A DNA stretch of 64,000 nt, from the NCBI GenBank assembly GCA_041641295.1, contig JBEPYO010000001.1, positions 992,001 through 1,056,000 on the forward strand, written 5' to 3'. The notes under the pieces were generated by a model that saw nothing but the letters and a program-made list of their open reading frames with translations, was not told the origin of the DNA and did no database searches. Source of the stretch: Nitrososphaerota archaeon. Lineage in GTDB: Archaea; Thermoproteota; Nitrososphaeria_A; Caldarchaeales; Calditenuaceae. Below are positions 38,443 to 48,828 of the stretch, piece after piece; position 1 is the first letter of the stretch, and each line of letters begins with the position of its first letter. A program made the translations under genes and the position numbers.

Positions 38443-39000
38443 GTGGAGCCGGGGTGTCTGGAGCCCTACTACTTAATTAGTTGGCTGGTTTTTCAGGTGT
38501 TGATGAGCATCGAAGCCGCGAAGCTTATCTCAGACTTAAGGCTGAGGCCTGGCTCTAGCCTCTTGGTGGTTGGGGATGTGGGTGCGGGGACTCTTGGGGT
38601 GCTGGCGGAGGCTATGGGTGGTCTAGGGAACATAGTGCTGCTCCACAGGGAGCACGAGCCGCCTGCATGGGCTCGAAGCCTAGTTGATAAGGGATTGCAG
38701 GCGAGGAGAAGCATCGTGCTTGAGCACAACGACTTCCTAGCTACATCCAGCTTCGACGCGGTTTTAGCGCAGGATGTCTTACACAGGCTTTTGGGTAAGC
38801 GTGAATTTGTAATGGAGACTTATAGGCTGCTCAAGCCCGGCGGCCGCACATCCATAATCCAGAGGTTCTGGCCCTTCACGTCTCTGCGTAGAAGGGAGTT
38901 CAGAGCCCTCTTAGAGAAGATCAGATCCTATAATATTGTCGAGTCGAGGGTAGGCTTCTTCTCTGCCTATGTCGTTCTCGAGAGGCCTGGCAATGGTTAA
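38443..39000 (+). CDS. Class I SAM-dependent methyltransferase-like protein (start probably near 38500)
   Basis: VVGDVGAG, SFDAVL, YRLLKPGG. Confidence 0.65.
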   Translation: MEPGCLEPYYLISWLVFQVLMSIEAAKLISDLRLRPGSSLLVVGDVGAGTLGVLAEAMGGLGNIVLLHREHEPPAWARSLVDKGLQARRSIVLEHNDFLATSSFDAVLAQDVLHRLLGKREFVMETYRLLKPGGRTSIIQRFWPFTSLRRREFRALLEKIRSYNIVESRVGFFSAYVVLERPGNG

Positions 39001-39346
39001 AACCTCGGATAGGGAGCAGTTGGTAGGAATGCCCATAAATCTTACCGCCGAGGCCGAACAGGTTCTAAGGAAGGTCAAATCCAAGTATGGAGAACTGCAC
39101 ATGATAATCGGTGACACAGGCTGCTGTGGATACAGCAATGTATTCCTGACCAGCCGGAAGCCGGTGGGAGACTATGTCGCGATAGGTGAGAGGTCAGGCG
39201 TCGCAGTGTATCTGAGACCCCCGCTAGACTCCACCCTCAACCCGGGCAACGTGGTGGTAGACGTGGTTGAGGCTGTGGCGGACGATTCTCTCTCACTTGA
39301 GACGGAGCTGGGCTACCGCTTCATCCTGAGGCTGAGGCAGGGGTAG
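38993..39346 (+). CDS. HesB/IscA-like (DUF779-type) protein
   Basis: LTAEAE...GDTGCCG...SLETELGYRF. Confidence 0.65.
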   Translation: MVKTSDREQLVGMPINLTAEAEQVLRKVKSKYGELHMIIGDTGCCGYSNVFLTSRKPVGDYVAIGERSGVAVYLRPPLDSTLNPGNVVVDVVEAVADDSLSLETELGYRFILRLRQG

Positions 39347-39526
39347 AGTCTAAAGGCTTACCGCATCCTTTAATGGTGGCTCTCGGCTGCCAGCAGATTT
39401 CTAATCCAGGGGCATCTCCGCTAAAAAGCCGCTTGGTGGAGACCGACTACGCCCTCCCTCCCCCCTCCAGATAGGGTGGCTGCGGGGCTAGGATAAGTTA
39501 AACCCTCGCCATCACATGTCTTAACG

Positions 39527-39790
39527 GTGATGGCGGCGGCTGATGTGCTCCTCCTAACCCTCTCCATCTTTGCCGGATTTCTACTGATTTTTGTCGGCGT
39601 GCTGCTCCTCCTCTCTGCCTCTCGAGGCGGAGGTGGTGAGGCTAAGGGCTGGGGGGTGATTCTGATAGGGCCTGTACCCATTGTCTTGAGGGGTAGTGGT
39701 GTTAGGGTGGCCGTGATGGTGGCTGCCATCTTCCTGCTGGCGGTTCTGCTCTTCCTGTGGTTTACGGGGGTGCTGAGCCTTGGCACCTAG
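39527..39790 (+). CDS. DUF131 family membrane protein
   Basis: GVILIGPVPIV motif. Confidence 0.85.
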   Translation: MMAAADVLLLTLSIFAGFLLIFVGVLLLLSASRGGGGEAKGWGVILIGPVPIVLRGSGVRVAVMVAAIFLLAVLLFLWFTGVLSLGT

Positions 39791-40070
39791 GGCAGTCTTC
39801 GCCTACACCCTAATCGCCCTCGGACTACTACTCGTAGCCCTACCCCTCATCCTGCTCGCAACAACCGCCTCACAAGGCGAGATGAAGTCCTTTGGCATAA
39901 TACTTATCGGCCCAATACCATTGATCCTGAGCAGTGAGAACCCGCTACACTTCCTCGGCTTAGTCGCGGTCTTCCTAATAGCGTTGGCCGCCATCCTTTT
40001 CTTGGCCTTTAGAGCCTACCGAAATCCGCCAGAAGAAGAGGTTGTAGGGTACAATGAATCCTCCACGTAG
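39780..40070 (+). CDS. DUF131 family membrane protein (tandem paralog)
   Basis: GIILIGPIPLI motif. Confidence 0.85.
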   Translation: MAPRAVFAYTLIALGLLLVALPLILLATTASQGEMKSFGIILIGPIPLILSSENPLHFLGLVAVFLIALAAILFLAFRAYRNPPEEEVVGYNESST

Positions 40071-40219
40071 CGTGTTGGGGGGTGACTATAAAAAAGGTGC
40101 ATCGACTGCCTTTATGCACCCTACGATGATAGCCTTTATATACACCTATCTCTCACCCCTCACAAACCTCTACAATTAGTTGATGAAAAAGAAAGAAGGT
40201 ACTAGGGGAGTGTGCTAAG

Positions 40220-40492
40220 ATGAGGGCTACTGCGAGAAGACCATTCACCTTCGTCGGCTTCCTCCTACAGGTCATAATTAGCATGTCACTCTGGCTCCTC
40301 TTGACGGCCATAATAGCCTACCTGACACTCAAGTATCTCGGCGTCGAGGTCCCGATAACCGAAGCTATTCTGGGTCTGAGCATCTCAAAACTCTATGAGC
40401 AGGAGTTAGCCGTCTAGTTCTCAGTGACGATAATCTCGGGCTTCATAGCCCTAGTAATCGTTTAGGTCCTGTTCTGGAAGGTGAGAATGTGA
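40220..40492 (+). pseudogene. Probable decayed membrane-protein gene
   Basis: Hydrophobic frame continues through TAG 40415-40417 and TAG 40463-40465 to TGA ending 40492. Confidence 0.45.
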
Positions 40493-40551
40493 TAGTACTT
40501 GGGGAAACGGATATATAACTATCTCGGCTAGTTAGTGCTTGGTGATAGCGA

Positions 40552-41094
40552 GTGCCGCGTAGAGGCTATCGGGGCAGGGATCGCGACACATATGTCCCCC
40601 TCGTATCTATCCTCATAGCCGCGATGGTCACGTCCGGCGTACTGGCATTCCTCACCAAAGACTGGATCTATGTAACCCTCTGGCAGGTGCAGACGGGGCC
40701 CTCAATAATAGCGCTCAGCCACAATGGTTCAGTGAGCTGGGACGAGTCCGTGGCCTCGAGCTCCAAGACCATAACGTTCACTGCGTCCGCGAGGCTGTCT
40801 TCAGTCGGAGACGTGGGGGTGAGCATGCTGGATCCTGTTTCCCTCAACCTAATGTACGAACCATCTACGATGGTCTTGGAGCTCCCTCTCCCGATGGCCA
40901 TAGTGTACCAGCTCGGCTATCCCACAACTAAGCCCATCGAATGCACGGCCCCAGTCTACTATGTCGACGGACAACCACTCGATATATGCGAACAATACTT
41001 CACCGCCAAGAAAGTGATCACGACCACGAGAACTAGCGTAACTTTCGCGACACCCAACACCGCGAGGCTCACAATAGGAGCAGAAGATGGTTAA
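40552..41094 (+). CDS. Hypothetical membrane-anchored surface protein (pilin-like layout)
   Basis: Basic N-terminus, one hydrophobic helix, Thr/Ser/Val-rich body. Confidence 0.6.
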   Translation: MPRRGYRGRDRDTYVPLVSILIAAMVTSGVLAFLTKDWIYVTLWQVQTGPSIIALSHNGSVSWDESVASSSKTITFTASARLSSVGDVGVSMLDPVSLNLMYEPSTMVLELPLPMAIVYQLGYPTTKPIECTAPVYYVDGQPLDICEQYFTAKKVITTTRTSVTFATPNTARLTIGAEDG

Positions 41095-41245
41095 ACACGG
41101 CTATTTTAAGAGGATGCTTGTCTATGAGCTTGTAAAACCCTTACCGAATAGCGCTAATGTAGAGGTCACGCTATATAAGCCATACCAAGTAACAAACTCG
41201 TCATATAGGATACTGGGCATTATTGCCTATACTCAGAATGGATAG
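41087..41245 (+). pseudogene. Short coupled ORF or gene fragment
   Basis: AGGAG SD, ATG overlapping the previous gene, 52 aa then TAG in AT-rich DNA. Confidence 0.35.
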
Positions 41246-41461
41246 ATAGGTAATGTAATAGCGTCGAGACTACACGATGGCGAGGAGTGGTAGAAGCAGT
41301 GATGTAATAAGGCTAACACTTATTCCTTAAATGCAAGTCAGTCGATAATAGAGGCTGTAAAAGATGATTCTGCTAACTCTTCACACATTCATGGCTTATA
41401 GTCGTAGTGAAGAAGGTTGTAAGCGAGCGCATAAATAGAGGCTGGCTGTCTGTTATGGTAG

Positions 41462-41665
41462 TTGAGGAGCTGTCCATACTGCGGCTCAACACTCACCTTC
41501 GATAGGATGGAGAAGATCTACAGTTGCGGCAGATGCGGAGCTGTTCTAACTCTTCAAGAACTGGTCGAGCACAGTGAGAAAGCTAGGGCTGAGAAGGAGA
41601 GGATGCTGAAGGAGAGGAGGAGGCACGAGGAGTACCTCGAGTGGTGGCTCTCGAGCAAGAAATAG
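41462..41665 (+). CDS. Small Zn-ribbon protein
   Basis: CPYC...CGRC followed by a charged helix and EYLEWW. Confidence 0.75.
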   Translation: MRSCPYCGSTLTFDRMEKIYSCGRCGAVLTLQELVEHSEKARAEKERMLKERRRHEEYLEWWLSSKK

Positions 41666-41802
41666 CCGCAGGCGGTAAGGCTGCCGTCAAACGTCCCCTC
41701 CTACTACTATATTTTCAACAAAGTAGCCAAGTAGATGGTCTCAGTCTGTGGCCGATTCTCCTATGCATCTCCCTGCCGGTATGCGGGAAGGGCTTTATAC
41801 GC

Positions 41803-41868
41803 CTAACTCTTCTGGGCCTTTCCCGCCCTTTTCTTTCTACCTCCACCACACTTTCTTCTACTCGCCAT
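41803..41868 (-). CDS. Putative 21-aa Lys/Arg-rich microprotein MASRRKCGGGRKKRAGKAQKS
   Basis: ATG..TAG, TTTTTAATAT about 25-35 nt upstream; similar to 20103..20165. Confidence 0.55.
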   Translation of the reverse strand: MASRRKCGGGRKKRAGKAQKS

Positions 41869-41943
41869 ATCGCGAGTAGGTAAGTTTGGAGATATTAAAA
41901 ATTTGTGGGAGGGGAGGCGTGTTGGAGATATTGTGGGTCGGTT

Positions 41944-42603
41944 TTAAGCCGTGGCTTGGGCCCAAACTCGTTGGAACTCCTTTTCATAGTCTTCAGCTAT
42001 CGACGGATCTATTATTATGATTAGGTTCTCGTCGTTTTCGTTTTCTGCTGCGCGGGACCAGTTATAGCTCCCAGTCACGACTATTATACCGTCGATAATG
42101 GCCACCTTGTGGTGCATTAGGCGCGGGTTCCCGTCTAGCTTGACCTCAATTCCTGCGCCTAGCAGTCGGCCGTATTCGCTTCCCATGACGTTTGCCTGCT
42201 GGCTCTCAATAACCACCTTGACTTCTACGCCCCTATTCTTAGCCCGTATGAGCGCGTTGGCTATCTCGTCCGAGGTGAAGCTATACATCATGATATACAC
42301 GCTCTTTGACGCGCCATCAATCAGATCGATTATCAGGCTGGCACAGCTCTGAACTCTGGAGAAGCAGACAGTATCAACCTGCCTGAGAGAGACAGTCCCA
42401 TAGGCAGTGACTGTGGACGTTACAGTCTCAATGGATGTGAATGTTACAGTTGTAGGCTGCTCCACCACTATTTTCAGGGTTGTAGTCGCCCAGGCCGTGG
42501 TTGTTGTAGTCGTTGCCGTTCCGGGCTGTGGCCTAACGAGAGTGAGGGTGAGAACCATGAAGAGCAGAACGACTAGGACTACCAGCCAGGACTGGCGTCT
42601 CAT
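41944..42603 (-). CDS. Secreted/anchored phospholipase D-family nuclease (Nuc-like, single HKD)
   Basis: MHHKVAIID...TGSYNWS...NDEN; signal peptide and Thr-rich linker. Confidence 0.88.
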   Translation of the reverse strand: MRRQSWLVVLVVLLFMVLTLTLVRPQPGTATTTTTTAWATTTLKIVVEQPTTVTFTSIETVTSTVTAYGTVSLRQVDTVCFSRVQSCASLIIDLIDGASKSVYIMMYSFTSDEIANALIRAKNRGVEVKVVIESQQANVMGSEYGRLLGAGIEVKLDGNPRLMHHKVAIIDGIIVVTGSYNWSRAAENENDENLIIIIDPSIAEDYEKEFQRVWAQATA

Positions 42604-42711
42604 TCAAGGGATACTCGTGGATTTTTGGCTTTTATGTATTCTATCCGGTCTAGCCTTGACGCGGCGTTTGAAGCGCCTTAAGGGCGGGCCTGCCCTAGGT
42701 CTCGAGTTAAC

Positions 42712-42719
42712 TTTATATA
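42712..42719 (+). promoter_or_regulatory. TATA box of the trp operon
   Basis: TTTATATA about 115 nt upstream of trpD. Confidence 0.55.
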
Positions 42720-42833
42720 GCGTCGCGTGGTCCTGCTCAATTCGTGATATCCGGTGGTTTAGTTTGGTCGGAGTAGCCGCTTATTAGGCGAGGACGTGCC
42801 AGCTGCCGCTCTATCTGTGCGGGAATTCTTGGG

Positions 42834-43913
42834 GTGTTTGATGGGTTGTCTGTCCTGAAGAGTGTGTTAGCTAGGCTGGTGGAAGGGCATAGTCTCTCTG
42901 CTGAGGAGGCTGGAGAGGCTTTGAGGGAGATTGTCTCGGGCGGCGCTTCCCAGGTGTTGGTTGCCGCCTTTCTGACTGCGATGCGTGTCAAGGGTGAGGA
43001 TGAGGAGGAGCTACTCGGCATGGCTAGGCTGATGAGGGAGCTCTGCGTCAAGGTTGAGCTCAAAGACCCGCGGAGCGCGGTGGACATAGTTGGGACGGGA
43101 GGTGATCAGGTTAAGACAATCAATGTTAGCACGATCTCCGCCCTAGTCGTGGCTTCTGCGGGTGTTAAGGTTGCCAAGCATGGCAACAGGGCTGCGACTG
43201 GTGTCTGTGGTAGCGCCGACCTCCTCGAGGGGCTTGGAGTCAACATTAACATGGGGCCGGAAGAGGTGAGGAGGAGTGTCGACGAATGCGGCTTCGGTTT
43301 CATGTTTGCCCCGCTTTACCACCCCGCGATGAAGAGTGTGGCCACCATAAGGAGGGAGCTTGGCTTCAGGACGTTCTTCAACCTCCTCGGACCCCTAACC
43401 AACCCCGCAGGAGTGGGCAGGATGCTGGTCGGCGTATCAGACCCCAGATACCTCTCAAAGACTGCTGGAGTCCTGTCGAAGCTTGGATTGGAGAGGGGGA
43501 TGGTAGTCTGCTCAAGGGATGGGTTAGACGAGGTTTCCATCAACGGAGAGACGGAAATTGTGTGGATTGAGGGTGGGGAGACTTGGCGTGAGGTTTTGAG
43601 GCCGGAGAGCCTTGGAGTGGAGCCATCAAGCCTCGAGCCAGTCATCGTGAAGTCGCGGGAGGAGGCAATCGAGAACGCTGTAAAGATTCTACGAGGAGTC
43701 CTAAGCCCAAGCGACCCGCGAGTAAAAATGATACTGGTGAACTCTGCGGCGGCTTTGATGCTTGCAGGGGCATGCTCGAGCCTGAAGGAAGGCGTAGGAG
43801 TTGCCAGAGACCTCATATTCGAGGGTGAGGCCTTCGAGACCCTCCGTAGGGTCGTAGAGGTGAGTGGAGGTGACGGAAGGAGGCTTGAAGAGTATGTCGG
43901 GCGCCTCGCGTGA
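42834..43913 (+). CDS. trpD: Anthranilate phosphoribosyltransferase
   Basis: DIVGTGGD, NVST, KHGNR, GSAD, FNLLGPLTNP. Confidence 0.96.
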   Translation: MFDGLSVLKSVLARLVEGHSLSAEEAGEALREIVSGGASQVLVAAFLTAMRVKGEDEEELLGMARLMRELCVKVELKDPRSAVDIVGTGGDQVKTINVSTISALVVASAGVKVAKHGNRAATGVCGSADLLEGLGVNINMGPEEVRRSVDECGFGFMFAPLYHPAMKSVATIRRELGFRTFFNLLGPLTNPAGVGRMLVGVSDPRYLSKTAGVLSKLGLERGMVVCSRDGLDEVSINGETEIVWIEGGETWREVLRPESLGVEPSSLEPVIVKSREEAIENAVKILRGVLSPSDPRVKMILVNSAAALMLAGACSSLKEGVGVARDLIFEGEAFETLRRVVEVSGGDGRRLEEYVGRLA

Positions 43914-44688
43914 TTTTTTGCGGCAGCTCTGCGAGGAGGCGCGCAGGCGCGTGGTGGAGGGCTACTACAAGGTCGAAGATGAGGTGGTGAGCCTCAAGAC
44001 GGTGGGCAGTCTGAAGAGCTCAATACTTAGCTGTGAGGGAAACGCTGTGATAGCTGAGTTTAAGAGGTCCTCACCTAGTGCGGGCTCAATCTCTACGGAT
44101 GCGAGGAGCGACTCAGCAGTGAGGGCTATGGAGAGGGGTGGGGCCTGTGGTATCTCCGTGCTTACTGCGAGGGAGTGGTTTGGCGGCTCCCTCGAGGACC
44201 TGAGACTGGCTAGAGCTTCCTGCGGCCTCCCCATCCTGATGAAGGATGTGGTGGTCTCTGAGGAGCAGATACGGGCTGCACACCAACTCGGCGCACAGGC
44301 CGTCCTCCTAATCCTCCGGGCTTTCAAGCGCGGATATACAGACCTGACGCTGAGCCAAGCAATCAGGACTGCTAGAGACTATTCTCTCGAGGTACTGCTC
44401 GAGGCCTGCAGCAGGGAGGAGCTTTCAGAGGCGGTGTCGACCGACGCTGATATTCTCGGCGTAAATTCGAGAGACCTCTCAACCCTCAGGGTGGATAAGA
44501 GGGTCCACGAGGAGGCGGTTGTGGGCGTGGACCTCGATGATAGGGTTCTGGTGGCTGAGAGTGGTATTGAGACGGCGGAGGATATCAGGAGGCTGAGGAG
44601 GATAGGCTATAGAGCCTTCCTAGTCGGCACCGCCATAATGAGGTCTGGCGATATTGAGGCTAAGACGAGGGAGCTGGTGATGGCCTAA
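43894..44688 (+). CDS. trpC: Indole-3-glycerol phosphate synthase
   Basis: IAEFKRSSPS, ISVLT, GVNSRDL, VAESGI. Confidence 0.95.
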   Translation: MSGASRDFLRQLCEEARRRVVEGYYKVEDEVVSLKTVGSLKSSILSCEGNAVIAEFKRSSPSAGSISTDARSDSAVRAMERGGACGISVLTAREWFGGSLEDLRLARASCGLPILMKDVVVSEEQIRAAHQLGAQAVLLILRAFKRGYTDLTLSQAIRTARDYSLEVLLEACSREELSEAVSTDADILGVNSRDLSTLRVDKRVHEEAVVGVDLDDRVLVAESGIETAEDIRRLRRIGYRAFLVGTAIMRSGDIEAKTRELVMA

Positions 44689-45320
44689 TGGCGAGGGTCC
44701 GGGTCAAGATATGTGGGATTAGACGGGTGGAGGATTTGAGGGCCGCTGTTGAGGAGGGCGCAGACGCTGTGGGGATGGTCGTGGGCTTTCCACTCTCACC
44801 CCGAAACCTAAGCCTATCTGAGGCGATGGAGGTTCGGAGGAGGGTGCCGGTCTTCGTCGACGCGGTACTTGTCATGAGGGCTGATAGCCCTGAAGAATTT
44901 AGTGGACTGGTGGAGGAGCTGGAACCTGACGCTATACAGCTCTACGGTCAGTTATCCTTAGCCGAGGCCAGAGACTTGGCACCTGAATGCATGCTGATAA
45001 AGCCTGTAAAGGCGGGCACAGAGCTCGGAGACATCGACCTATCCCAAGCCGATGCCATCCTCTTGGACAGCCACTCGGAAGCCCTCCCCGGCGGCACAGG
45101 CAGGACACACGACTGGCACGCTGCCCGCAGGCTCAGAGAGCAGATAAGCCTCCCCCTAATCCTAGCAGGTGGATTAAATCCATCGAACGTGTACGAGGCT
45201 GTGAGGGTTGTGCAGCCCTATGCAGTGGACGTCTCGTCGGGTGTCGAGTCAGCTCCAGGCGTCAAGAGTAGAGAGTTGATTAGGGCCTTTATCAAGGCTG
45301 CTCTGGGTGAGGAGACGTGA
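44688..45320 (+). CDS. trpF: Phosphoribosylanthranilate isomerase
   Basis: VKICGI, GGTG, LAGGL, DVSSGVE. Confidence 0.96.
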   Translation: MARVRVKICGIRRVEDLRAAVEEGADAVGMVVGFPLSPRNLSLSEAMEVRRRVPVFVDAVLVMRADSPEEFSGLVEELEPDAIQLYGQLSLAEARDLAPECMLIKPVKAGTELGDIDLSQADAILLDSHSEALPGGTGRTHDWHAARRLREQISLPLILAGGLNPSNVYEAVRVVQPYAVDVSSGVESAPGVKSRELIRAFIKAALGEET

Positions 45321-46522
45321 TGGCTGGGGGTTATCATCTGCCTGACGGCCGGGGCCGCTTCGGCGCCTACGGCGGCAGATACGTTCCCGAGACTCTCATG
45401 GAGCCACTCATAGAGCTTGAAGAAGCCTACAAGAAGCTCAGGGACGACAAGTCCTTCCGCGAGGAGCTGGACATACTGCTTAGAGACTACGCGGGCAGGC
45501 CAACACCCCTATACTACGCCGAGCGGCTTACCAAAGAGCTGGGAGGCGCAAGGATCTACCTCAAGAGGGAGGACTTAGCCTTCACCGGCGCCCACAAGAT
45601 CAACAACGCGTTGGGGCAGGCTCTCTTGGCTAAGAAGATGGGTAAGACGAGGCTGGTGGCTGAGACTGGTGCGGGGCAGCACGGCGTGGCTACTGCGACC
45701 GTGGCGGCCAGAATGGGGTTCAGGTGCACGATCTACATGGGTGCTGAGGACATGGCGCGGCAGGCAGTGAACGTCTACAGGATGAGGCTGCTCGGCGCGG
45801 AGGTCAGGCGAGTAGACTCCGGATCTAAGACGCTGAAGGACGCCATAAACGAGGCACTGAGAGACTGGGCAACAAACGTCAGGGACACCCACTACCTCCT
45901 AGGCTCGGCGGTCGGCCCACACCCATACCCCATGATCGTCCGCGACTTCCAGTCAGTAATCGGAAGGGAGATCAGGGCGCAGATACTGGAGAGGGAGGGT
46001 AGGCTACCAGACTTGGTTGTGGCTTGTGTGGGTGGTGGAAGCAACGCTATTGGGACATTCTACCCCTTCATAGAGGATAAGGGTGTCAAGCTGGTGGGCG
46101 TCGAGGCGGGTGGGGAGGGGCTGGAGACTGGAAGACACGCGGCAAGCCTCGCGGGCGGCTCACCCGGAATACTTCACGGCATGTACTCCTACGTCATGCA
46201 GGATGAGCACGGACAGATTAGAACGACACACAGCATATCGGCCGGCCTGGATTACCCGGGGGTGGGGCCCGAGCACGCCTTCCTGAAGGAGTCGGGCAGG
46301 GCAGAGTATGTGGCTGTAGGAGACCGCGAAGCTCTTGAAGCCTTCCTAACTCTCACACGTCTTGAGGGAATCATGCCGGCGCTAGAGCCAGCCCACGCCC
46401 TAGCCTACGTCATGAAGATTGCACCAACCATGCGTAGCGACGACATCATAGTCCTGACACTCTCAGGCCGGGGAGAAAAGGACCTAGACATTGTTAGCCG
46501 AAGTCTGGGTGGATTGTTTTGA
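45317..46522 (+). CDS. trpB: Tryptophan synthase beta subunit (TrpB1 type)
   Basis: [32 protein letters not shown]. Confidence 0.97.
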   Translation: MMAGGYHLPDGRGRFGAYGGRYVPETLMEPLIELEEAYKKLRDDKSFREELDILLRDYAGRPTPLYYAERLTKELGGARIYLKREDLAFTGAHKINNALGQALLAKKMGKTRLVAETGAGQHGVATATVAARMGFRCTIYMGAEDMARQAVNVYRMRLLGAEVRRVDSGSKTLKDAINEALRDWATNVRDTHYLLGSAVGPHPYPMIVRDFQSVIGREIRAQILEREGRLPDLVVACVGGGSNAIGTFYPFIEDKGVKLVGVEAGGEGLETGRHAASLAGGSPGILHGMYSYVMQDEHGQIRTTHSISAGLDYPGVGPEHAFLKESGRAEYVAVGDREALEAFLTLTRLEGIMPALEPAHALAYVMKIAPTMRSDDIIVLTLSGRGEKDLDIVSRSLGGLF

Positions 46523-47325
46523 GCAATATATCAAAGACCTTCAGAGATAGCCTATCCTCAGGCCGCGCCGCCCTCATCGGCTACCTAACGGCTGGAGACC
46601 CAAGCCTGGAGCAGACGCTGATATATGCTGAGGCGCTGGTGGAGGGAGGGGTCGACATCTTAGAGCTCGGCGTACCCTTCAGCGACCCTGTAGCCGATGG
46701 AGTAACAATCCAGGCCTCAGCCCAACGCGCACTAGCCGCAGGGACCAAGCTGCTAGATGTCATAAGACTCTCATCCACCATCAAGAAGTCCCTCGAAACA
46801 CCAGTAGTAATCCTCTCCTACCTAAACCCGATATACCGCATGGGGTTCAGGAAGTTCTTCGAAGAGGCAGGCTCCTCCGGAGTTGACGGCGTGGTCGTCC
46901 CAGACCTTCCAGTCGAGGAGTCCACAGACTTCAGGGAAGAGGCGCGGAGAGCTGGCGTGGACACGATATTCCTAGCGTCGCCAACTACTTCGGACAGCAG
47001 GCTGGACCAGATACTCAGGGCCTCGGAGGGCTTCGTCTACCTAGTCTCACTCCTAGGAGTAACTGGTGTGAGGAGAGAGCTATCCCTAGAGGCCTCGAGG
47101 ATACTCGAGCGGGTCAAGGCGAGGAAGGAGAGACCCTACGTAGCCGTAGGGTTCGGAGTATCATCCCCAGACCACGTCGCAGCACTCGTAAAAAGCGGCG
47201 CGGAGGGCGTCATAGTTGGGAGCGCGTTGGTAAAGATAGTCGAGGAAAACCTCAACAACCCCTCAAAATGTTTAGAACAGCTAAGGCGCTTCGCCACCAG
47301 TCTTAAAGAAGCAACCACATTATAG
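46519..47325 (+). CDS. trpA: Tryptophan synthase alpha subunit
   Basis: [22 protein letters not shown]. Confidence 0.97.
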   Translation: MSNISKTFRDSLSSGRAALIGYLTAGDPSLEQTLIYAEALVEGGVDILELGVPFSDPVADGVTIQASAQRALAAGTKLLDVIRLSSTIKKSLETPVVILSYLNPIYRMGFRKFFEEAGSSGVDGVVVPDLPVEESTDFREEARRAGVDTIFLASPTTSDSRLDQILRASEGFVYLVSLLGVTGVRRELSLEASRILERVKARKERPYVAVGFGVSSPDHVAALVKSGAEGVIVGSALVKIVEENLNNPSKCLEQLRRFATSLKEATTL

Positions 47326-47332
47326 CATCTTT

Positions 47333-47770
47333 TCAGGGAATCTCGTCCAGTGGTGTCGGCGCCTCCCTCTCAATGTATGTTATGTGATGGACCTCTCCCC
47401 CCAGCCTAACCATGTGTCGCGACGACTTGGATGGAAGCTTCTTACCAGTTAATCCCGCGTTGATAACCATCTCCTTCGTAACGGGAGGCTTGTTGTCCCA
47501 AGGCAGCACTTCGATCTCAGGCCTCCAATAGTCCACGAAGTATGCGGGGATATGGGTCTTGCCAAGCCTCTTCATGCAGTTATACCTGTGATGACCGTCG
47601 AGTATCACCTTTGTCTTCGCATCGACGATTATGGGCCTCTTCAACACGCCGTCATTCTTGATCTCTGCTAAAAGCTCCTCCAGATGCGCCGGATTATACT
47701 CCTCATGCTCCCGCAGCTCCTCAAGCCTGACTAGAACCGGCTTGAGGTTTAGCAGGTCTTCACCAGCCAT
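47333..47770 (-). CDS. Stand-alone ParB/Srx-domain protein (SerK/SbnI N-domain-like)
   Basis: EHEE, PIIVD, ILDGHHR, LPSKSSRH. Confidence 0.8.
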   Translation of the reverse strand: MAGEDLLNLKPVLVRLEELREHEEYNPAHLEELLAEIKNDGVLKRPIIVDAKTKVILDGHHRYNCMKRLGKTHIPAYFVDYWRPEIEVLPWDNKPPVTKEMVINAGLTGKKLPSKSSRHMVRLGGEVHHITYIEREAPTPLDEIP

Positions 47771-47851
47771 TCTTATTCACTCCTAAATATGCTCGTATAA
47801 AAACCCAAGCCACCCAAGAGATATCAGCCACAAGAAACAGTCTGAGAGAGG

Positions 47852-48784
47852 GTGGGGTTGGAGAAGGTAATTCTCGACATGGATCCTGGTATAGATGACG
47901 CCTTAGCTCTACTGCTTGCAATTAGCTCGCCCGAGTTCGCATTACAAGGAGTCACAACGGTGGCCGGTAATACGACTGTTGAGAAGACAGGTCTAAACGC
48001 GAGGCGTGTCTTAGAGTATGTGGAGCGCGGCGAGGTCCCGGTCTACTACGGCTCATCCTCACCCATGGCCCGGCCTCTCGCAACTGCTGAACACGTCCAC
48101 GGCTCGGATGGGCTTGGTGAGGCTGGAATACCGATGCCCCGCCAACCACCAACTCCCGGCGGTATCCATTTCATCGCAGAGACAGTAGCGAAGAATCCCC
48201 ATGATATCACAATCATAGCCACAGGCCCCTTGACCAACGTAGCGCTAGCCTTCATCCTATACCCTCGCACGCCGAGGCTTGTCAAAAGGCTCGTCATAAT
48301 GGGTGGTGCGTACCATCTCACACCCTATGGGCGTGGAAACGTGACTCCCCTCTCAGAGTTCAACATCTATACCGATCCCGAAGCCGCAAACATCGTCTTC
48401 AACTCGTCAGTCCCCATAACATGTGTTGGCCTAGACATATCCACTGACCCATCAGTCAAGATCAACAGAAAGAGATACGAGGAGATAAGGGGGTTGAGGG
48501 GGAAGAAGGCGGAACTTGCCTCGAGGATCATGAAGTATCAGTTGGAGAAGTTTGGGGAGGTTGAGGTGCATGACGCTTTGGCGGTTGCAGCGGCTTTGAG
48601 GCCCGAGATCTTTCGTGCAGTCGAGATGAGGGTCCAGGTCCTGACCAATAACGACGCCTCAAGAGGAGCTACGGTAGCCGTCAAGGCGGGGGAGGGTGAG
48701 AGGGGAAACGCAAACATCTGCATAGGCGTGGATGCAGAGAAATTCTTCGAACTCTTCCTCTCCAGACTCTCAGAGCCCGGTTAG
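47852..48784 (+). CDS. Nucleoside hydrolase (IU-NH family)
   Basis: DMDPGIDD, HGSDGLG, GPLTN, EFNIYTDP, HD. Confidence 0.93.
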   Translation: MGLEKVILDMDPGIDDALALLLAISSPEFALQGVTTVAGNTTVEKTGLNARRVLEYVERGEVPVYYGSSSPMARPLATAEHVHGSDGLGEAGIPMPRQPPTPGGIHFIAETVAKNPHDITIIATGPLTNVALAFILYPRTPRLVKRLVIMGGAYHLTPYGRGNVTPLSEFNIYTDPEAANIVFNSSVPITCVGLDISTDPSVKINRKRYEEIRGLRGKKAELASRIMKYQLEKFGEVEVHDALAVAAALRPEIFRAVEMRVQVLTNNDASRGATVAVKAGEGERGNANICIGVDAEKFFELFLSRLSEPG

Positions 48785-48828
48785 CACCATACAAGGATTT
48801 ATTTCACGACTAGCGAGTGGAGGGAGGA

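Noticed and set aside
42400-42520. Thr-rich repeat-like tract in the PLD gene
   Set aside because: Ordinary low-complexity linker of an archaeal surface protein.
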